Shown in pieces: positions 58,150 to 64,000 of a stretch of DNA of 64,000 bases. Where the stretch lies: positions 107,015 to 171,014 of the forward strand of contig JBNGIO010006112.1 of the NCBI GenBank assembly GCA_049999805.1, given 5' to 3'. This DNA comes from Folioceros fuciformis. Taxonomy: Eukaryota. The notes below the pieces were generated by a model. The model was given only the letters and a program-made list of their open reading frames with translations, made no database searches and had not been told where the DNA came from. The position numbers and the translations under genes were made by a program. How positions within the stretch are numbered: the first letter of the stretch is position 1; every line of letters starts with the position of its first letter.

Positions 58150-59000
58150 CAATTAGATGCTTGGTAGATGGGATTCTACATATTGAAATGCCTTGACTCG
58201 CTGTTGCCGTGGGAAGTCCATCCTTGGGGCAGAATTTGCCCGAAAGGACGGTAGCTTTATGGCTGATCCATCGGTGGAAAATTAGGCTACCGTCTCTAAC
58301 CCCTCGCAACTCTAGGTGTTCAACGTGCAGAATAGCAAGTTGATATCAATTTTCGATTGGCTTTGAGGAGCAAATCCGATTGTGGTCTCTTTCCCGAAAG
58401 GGCAGCCCTTGGTACTTATGCGAGGAACCACCTTGGATCCTCCTTATGTGCCTAATGCACTCAAAGAGCTCCCTCACTACATTAAGACACAACATATGGG
58501 TCTTCCCCCAATTAACCTTGCAACCCAATAACTAACCAAATACTTGGATTTGTCGAAGTAATGCTTTCACGGAAGGATCTGAAGTGGATGAGAAGAGTAA
58601 AGTGTCATTCACAAAGGCCAAGATCCGTAACTTTGACCCATCCAAAGCCTTTATTCCTTCAATAGTCGGCACTATTTAACAACTCACAGAAAATACTATC
58701 TATGCAAGATGTTATAGCTGTCATTGACTATTATAGTCAATGACGATAAGAAAGAGAAAGGGGGCCAAAGAGCATCCTTGTTAGACCGACCTAATGATGC
58801 CAAAACTCTCTATAAATAAGCCATTGACTTTTGCCCTTGCTCTTCGCACATAATAGCCACCTCGAAGGCACCTCAAAAGGAAGTGCCATTCTACCAAATC
58901 ATAAGCCTTTTAACAATCCAAAGAGATGTAAAAGATACTTAAAGTTACTCAACGATATTTCAAGTGAGCCCACTGGGGAGGCATCACCCGGCAAATTTGG
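58150..59000 (-). mobile_element. L1 LINE reverse-transcriptase relic
   Basis: Minus-strand V*QGCSLAPFLFLIV (RQGCPLSP motif), AFVNDTLL (FADD motif) and HKYQGLPF (YLG motif) occur in the correct order; the relic may extend to ~60050. Confidence 0.7.
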
Positions 59001-59155
59001 TAGATCCCCAACACCTGGCAAATGTGGTAGATCCCCAACACCTGGCAAATGTGGTAGATCCCCAACACCNNNNNNNNNNTGTGGTAGATCCCCAACACCT
59101 GGCAAATGTGGTAGATCCCCAACACCCCACAAATGTGGTAGATCCCTAACATTGG
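58989..59155. repeat. 27-bp minisatellite (GGCAAATGTGGTAGATCCCCAACACCT) with an internal 10-N gap
   Basis: At least 6 units visible; N at 59070-59079. Confidence 0.9.
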
Positions 59156-60084
59156 ACAATAGAGAGGATTCAATACAAAAACATTAAAAAGAAGGTTGTT
59201 TTATGTCGTACTATCCATAGTGACACAATCATTTTCCCAATCTCTTAATGATATTGAAGAGAAGAGAGACATGTATCATACTAAGAGCATGAAATTTGGA
59301 TAGAAGGAAGCATGAAGAGTTATCGTAGTGCAACAAAGCCCTTGTTCGTATGATGATTAATACAATATAAGTTAATAAAGATATTAGGCTTGGTTTTGTC
59401 ACAACTCTACAAAAAAAATTGGAGATGGCCTTCACAAGCTTGGTAATAAAATGTAATATTTTGGTTGTAGGCTCTAAAATGAAAATAATTTTCATGTAAA
59501 ACTTGACGACTTGTTGAATTAAGCCATGTGTACTTATTAGAAAGCTCTCGTCAAGAGTTATATGATGATATCAACTTTTATATAATAGCAAACGTTTAGA
59601 AATCAGTACTATCTTCCTCCATATGAAACCAAATTGAAGCTATGTGTACTTGTTGGAAAGACCTCGTCAAGAGCTACAACATGGCATAATAACATGCAGC
59701 GTGGAAAACGTGTTTGGAATGTCATAATCTCCATATGGTACAATTGTTATAAAATTTGCGTACAAATGAAGTGGCCATGGTTTAATATAATACAAGCCTA
59801 CCCTTCTCTTAGGCTTATGGTAAAATCAAGCTGCTGTGCATACCAATACCTTTGCCCATGAATAATGGAGAGAAGGGCAAAGGAGACATGGCCCCCTGTC
59901 CATGCCTCCTTTTTCCTTGTATCTATTGTTCACGGGCAAAGAAATGGAAAAGGCTTATCAAGGAATGTGTGAAAGAGTATTATCCACACAAGAATCATGT
60001 TCTCCCCCTTTCTTCGGCAGGGGTAATGTTGTCCATCTATCCCTCTTCAAAGGGTGTTGGCCACTATAATTTTTGGGACAGTAG

Positions 60085-60646
60085 CACTATTCTCTACAGA
60101 AGCATAGTACATGGCAACCTTAGCTGCAACAGTGGAAGCCATATGGCTTCGTAGATTGCTCGAAGAGATGGGATTCAAGCAGAAGGGAGCGACCCTCATC
60201 TTCAATGACAATCAAAGCTGCATTCATTTGGCCAAGAATGCTATCTTTCATGCAAGGACGAAACACATTGAAGTTAAGCATCATTTCATTAGGGAGAAAG
60301 TCCAATCTAAAGAAATAGAATTAGCGTACTGTCCTACAAAGAACATGCTAGCTGATGTTCTTACCAAAGGTCTAGCCTTAGAGAACCATATGAAGTTTAG
60401 CAAGATGTTAGGGTTAATTGAGTAAGATTTATAGTTTAGATTGTCGATGTGTTGAGTGGGAGTGTTAGAAATCCATAGGGTTTTGTAACAACATCTAGAC
60501 TAGAATGCTGTAAGTATATCCCAGGATATATAGGATAATACCATGTTCGAGATATTGTCATGCTTGAAGGCTATATATATATGTACATGCTATCAATCTA
60601 TATGTACTAAAACAGAAATTGATTTGAGGACTCACTGTTTTTAACA
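60085..60646 (+). mobile_element. 5'-truncated second copia element: RNase H end, PPT and a ~184-bp LTR
   Basis: EAIWLRRLL...NDNQSCIHLAKNAIFHARTKHIEVKHHFIRE...ADVLTKGL; PPT GAGTGGGAG; LTR TGTTA(60463)...TAACA(60646) with a TATATA box. Confidence 0.85.
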
Positions 60647-61785
60647 GTTATACCTCTATAAATGTTACATGTTTGGGTACTCCCTAGTTAGGGAGTAAGC
60701 CTAAATGTTAGTTTTCTATAAATGTTATATGTTACTTGTTTCATGAAAATAGGCACTCTCGACCACTATAGTCCAATTCTATAAATGTTATTTTAATATA
60801 TATATATATAATACTTAAAATAACATGAATAATATAGATATCTAACTTATCCAATCACAATGCGGTAAAAAAGCTTGGCGTATCGATGTTAAAGAGAAAA
60901 TCATTAGAAATTAGTAGAAACACTCTGGGTTATGGCAGGAGAGAGTAAGTGGAAGTGTGTCGAATATAGACTTGAATCAACTTAATTTTGAGACATGGAA
61001 TGTTGACAGTGACGATGAATAACAGTAAGTTAACCAAGCAACATGTGAAGATTTGTTCAATAGAGATTACATAGAAATAGAAATGCTTCTTTGTTAAAAG
61101 AGGGATTTGGGACTTGAAACAACATGATTGACCCTTACTATGTCTTCACAAGAATTTGTTGATTATGAGGTGACAAATGCATGTGCTATCTTTTCTACTC
61201 CACATGCAAATGATACATGGGCTTTTGTTCAACCTCCACCTGCAAATGAAGTTGTTGTGATACATGGGCTTCTGTTCAATCTCCACCTACAAATGAAGTT
61301 GTCGATGTTGAGAATTCTTATGCGAGGCTTATTTTAGGTCGTGCCCAAGTGGAAGATGCACTTGGGGTGATAAGAATTTGTAACAAATTAAAAAAGAAGT
61401 TTTAAAGCAGGTTAGGTCCTCTTTTGAAACAAGTAGAAATAACCCATTTTTTGAGGTCAATTTGAAGTTCATTTCTTATTTTTATTTATTATAAAGCTAT
61501 AATAGTATTAAGTATTATAATGTTTATTATATATGTAATAAAAAAATAAATAATCATATATAAAATATATTTCATAATTTCTATATTTTAAATAAATTTA
61601 AATATTTTATTTTTGATAAATACTTGAATTCTCTAATTGTTACACCTCCCCAAATGTTACCCAATGCCCTATTCCCAACAGGTAACATTTAGGGAGGGTG
61701 GACTGTACACTCTCCTCCTCCCCCCCTTTCGGTCTTTGGCTTGTCTTGGGGTACCCATGGTCACCATTATTGTCGTCGATGGCAA

Positions 61786-61885
61786 NNNNNNNNNNNNNNN
61801 NNNNNNNNNNNNNNNNNNNNNNNNNNNNNNNNNNNNNNNNNNNNNNNNNNNNNNNNNNNNNNNNNNNNNNNNNNNNNNNNNNNNN
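61786..61885. other. 100-N scaffold gap
   Basis: Run of 100 N; adjacency across it is not guaranteed. Confidence 0.99.
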
Positions 61886-62639
61886 ATCCGTGATCAGGGC
61901 CAACACCTAGTCAGTAATTTCCGTTATTACGTCGTATTTTTAACAGAAATCTTCCGCAATTATGGCTGGAGTTGAAAAGTGAAGCACAGATCCCTGGATG
62001 GCTCCAGGATCAGCGAGACTCTAGCATCTGACCTGCATGTGTATGAGTTTCCAGATGTTCACAAGAATGAGATTCCTTCGTGGCTGGCCCTCACTGCCCA
62101 TCCTCCAATTGCTGCAGGCGACTTAGCAGCCACGAGATCTTCCATCCCTCTTCTGGGCTCAGAAATAATTAAAAGAGAGGCTTGTTGGTGGGCGGGATGC
62201 CTGTGTTCCTAGCGCGAGGTGCTAGACAACCGAGTGCTCGGAGTTTCGAGGGAGGCTATGGGAGCTGAAATTGCATAGTTTGGTGCCGGCCCTTCCACAA
62301 CTGTCTCAGCTAATCGGCTCAATGAGCAAAGCCATGTGAACAGGTTGGTGAATGCTGAGCAGGAGCGCTCGGTGGATGCTCTTCTTTTCCTTCTTCTTCA
62401 CCGTCCTAGTCGACCAAATATTACTAGGCTGGACAGGCAAATTTGAGAAACGTGATTGATTAACATACCCAATGCTTGCTTTTCTCACAAATTCTAATGC
62501 GTGCAGTTTGCTGCAAACGATCCTCTTCTGGACCATCTGAATTACTGTCCGCCCTCACTCTCTGAATTGAAGGGCCTTTCACTCTGTTGAGGCACTCACA
62601 AAGGCAGGCGAAGGATTCACAGGAGAGTGATATGCTTTC

Positions 62640-63100
62640 AGGGGATCACATGCAACAGTCCCTTCCTCGTGACGAAGGGTTTCCTGGGCCAGTATTCCTT
62701 GCTGGAGATTTCCTGCGTCGGGGCATTTCGCATTCCACAAATGTTTCAGAGTGGGGACAGCAATGTCCTTTTGCTCAACAGCACTGGGAACCCCTGATCC
62801 GTGGGCCTGCTGTCAGGGCCATCCATATCACCAGATCGAGGAAACACGTCTTGCATGCACAACGGGGTACGACCCACACTTTCGTTTGATGATGAGAACA
62901 TGGCTGTGATGGCCCAGAACCAGATCCTTCGTGAACCATCAACTTACTTCTGCTTACAGGGTGTGTTCACGGTTTCAGCTGTCCTGCAGCGACAATGACT
63001 TCCACCCTGCAGGCACACCATGGGTGCTTTGGCCACTAAACTATCGTATCAGCATGGCCATCGGAGGGCATATGTTGCTGCGAGCTTGTTGCCTGTAATT
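62640..63100 (-). pseudogene. Possible degraded PPR relic
   Basis: Minus-strand ..KCGS..ARRV..DLVIWMALTAG resembles a PPR S/P motif. Confidence 0.35.
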
Positions 63101-63315
63101 TGCTTGCACCTCCGCAGGCCATGGCTGTGTGGAGGTTGACATATGGTGTCAACCTCCACACATGGCACATATGTTGACATATGTTGACTCACACTTCGCC
63201 ATATGTCAACCTCCATATGGCACATATGGCACATATGTCAACATGTGGTGGTCTTGGCAGACCTCCTGCTCAGCTCACTTGGAGAGATGATCGTCATTGT
63301 GGAAGGTTCTAATCA

Positions 63316-64000
63316 ATGAAGGTGCGAGGAGTAGCAAATTTTAAAAGACACCAGCTCGTCACGACCTGCCAGAGAGGGTCACGATCATCCCTGCCCGGTC
63401 ATGATGGCAGGTCTGCAGGGCCGGAAACGGTTGTGACAACGGGCAGTGTGACCAAGCTCTGTCATCAGGGGCATGTTACTCAGTCTGTGGAGGCTTTAGG
63501 GGTTCTTGTGCAGACAGAATGTTGTGTTTCCATATCTCTCTTGCAGACTGTCCTCAAAAAATGTTCAGTCAAGAAAGATCTTTCTCTGAGTCGTCGTGTG
63601 CATGCTTTCACGGTGAGAAACGGGTATCAGTCGGATACGTTCCTGGGCAACCACATCCTGCGAATGTACGCTTCTCATGGCAGGTTACAAGAAGCGATGG
63701 ATGTGTTTACCGCCGTTGGCAAACCAGATGCCTTCATGTGGTCTTCCATAATCTCTGCACATAGTAGACAAGGGCAACACAAGCAGGCCGTAAAACTTTA
63801 TCATCAAATGCGCAAGTCCATTGCCAATCCAGATGGCCATGTATTTGTGGCAGCACTTCAAGCTTGTGCTAAGGAAGGAGACTTACAAAGTGGACAGCAG
63901 GTGCATGCCGATTTATTGGCCAGTGGCGTTAAGCCTGGCTACTTTGTCTCTAGCTCCTTGGTGGACATGTATGCGAAGTGTGGCAGCTTGGAAGATGCTC
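63316..64000 (+). CDS. PLS-class PPR protein (candidate organellar RNA-editing factor), 5' part; runs off the window
   Basis: Open frame from ATG 63316: MKVRGVANFKRHQLV...DTFLGNHILRMYASHGRLQEAMDVFTAVGKPDAFMWSSIISAHSRQGQHKQAVKLYHQM...PDGHVFVAALQACAKEGDLQSGQQVH...SSLVDMYAKCGSLEDA. Absent from the ORF track because it has no stop in the window. Confidence 0.93.
   Translation, partial: MKVRGVANFKRHQLVTTCQRGSRSSLPGHDGRSAGPETVVTTGSVTKLCHQGHVTQSVEALGVLVQTECCVSISLLQTVLKKCSVKKDLSLSRRVHAFTVRNGYQSDTFLGNHILRMYASHGRLQEAMDVFTAVGKPDAFMWSSIISAHSRQGQHKQAVKLYHQMRKSIANPDGHVFVAALQACAKEGDLQSGQQVHADLLASGVKPGYFVSSSLVDMYAKCGSLEDA

Noticed and set aside
58831-59187. ORF with PGKCGRSPT repeats
   Set aside because: This is a translation of the 27-bp minisatellite inside a LINE relic, crossing an N gap.
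61637-61975. ORFs spanning poly-X
   Set aside because: These are artefacts of the 100-N scaffold gap.
1-64000. tRNA, rRNA or prokaryotic/HGT genes
   Set aside because: None recognisable by eye; the only tRNA-related sequence is the copia PBS.

Overview
Eukaryotic nuclear DNA from a seed-free land plant with flagellated sperm. A hornwort is the best guess, inferred from short ~80-150 bp introns, very compact gene spacing, many PLS-class PPR relics and a sperm-tail PG-repeat gene. The window has three zones. (1) About 0-27 kb is a duplication-rich accessory zone: three intronless, highly divergent type-II-SKP1-like copies (two head-to-head inside a ~4.8 kb inverted duplication), an intact 24-repeat SHIPPO/ODF3-like (PGPGAY) axonemal gene with a decayed tandem copy and a third fragment, several PPR pseudogenes, a TIR-bounded non-autonomous element and many minisatellites. 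(2) About 27-49.5 kb is a compact conserved gene block: Lhca3, a 12-exon MIKC*-type MADS-box gene, a GT77 RG-II xylosyltransferase (RGXT/MGP4-like), asparagine synthetase, presequence protease PreP, and a calmodulin whose normal start codon reads GTG and which has a tandem-repeat-built N-terminal extension. (3) About 50-64 kb is TE-rich: an orphan NRAMP exon, a full-length Ty1/copia element (175-bp LTRs, TAGGT TSD) with a reconstructable extra ORF upstream of gag, an L1 LINE relic, a second truncated copia, a 100-N gap, and an intact PLS-class PPR gene running off the right edge. All calls come from reading the sequence by eye; no database searches were run.
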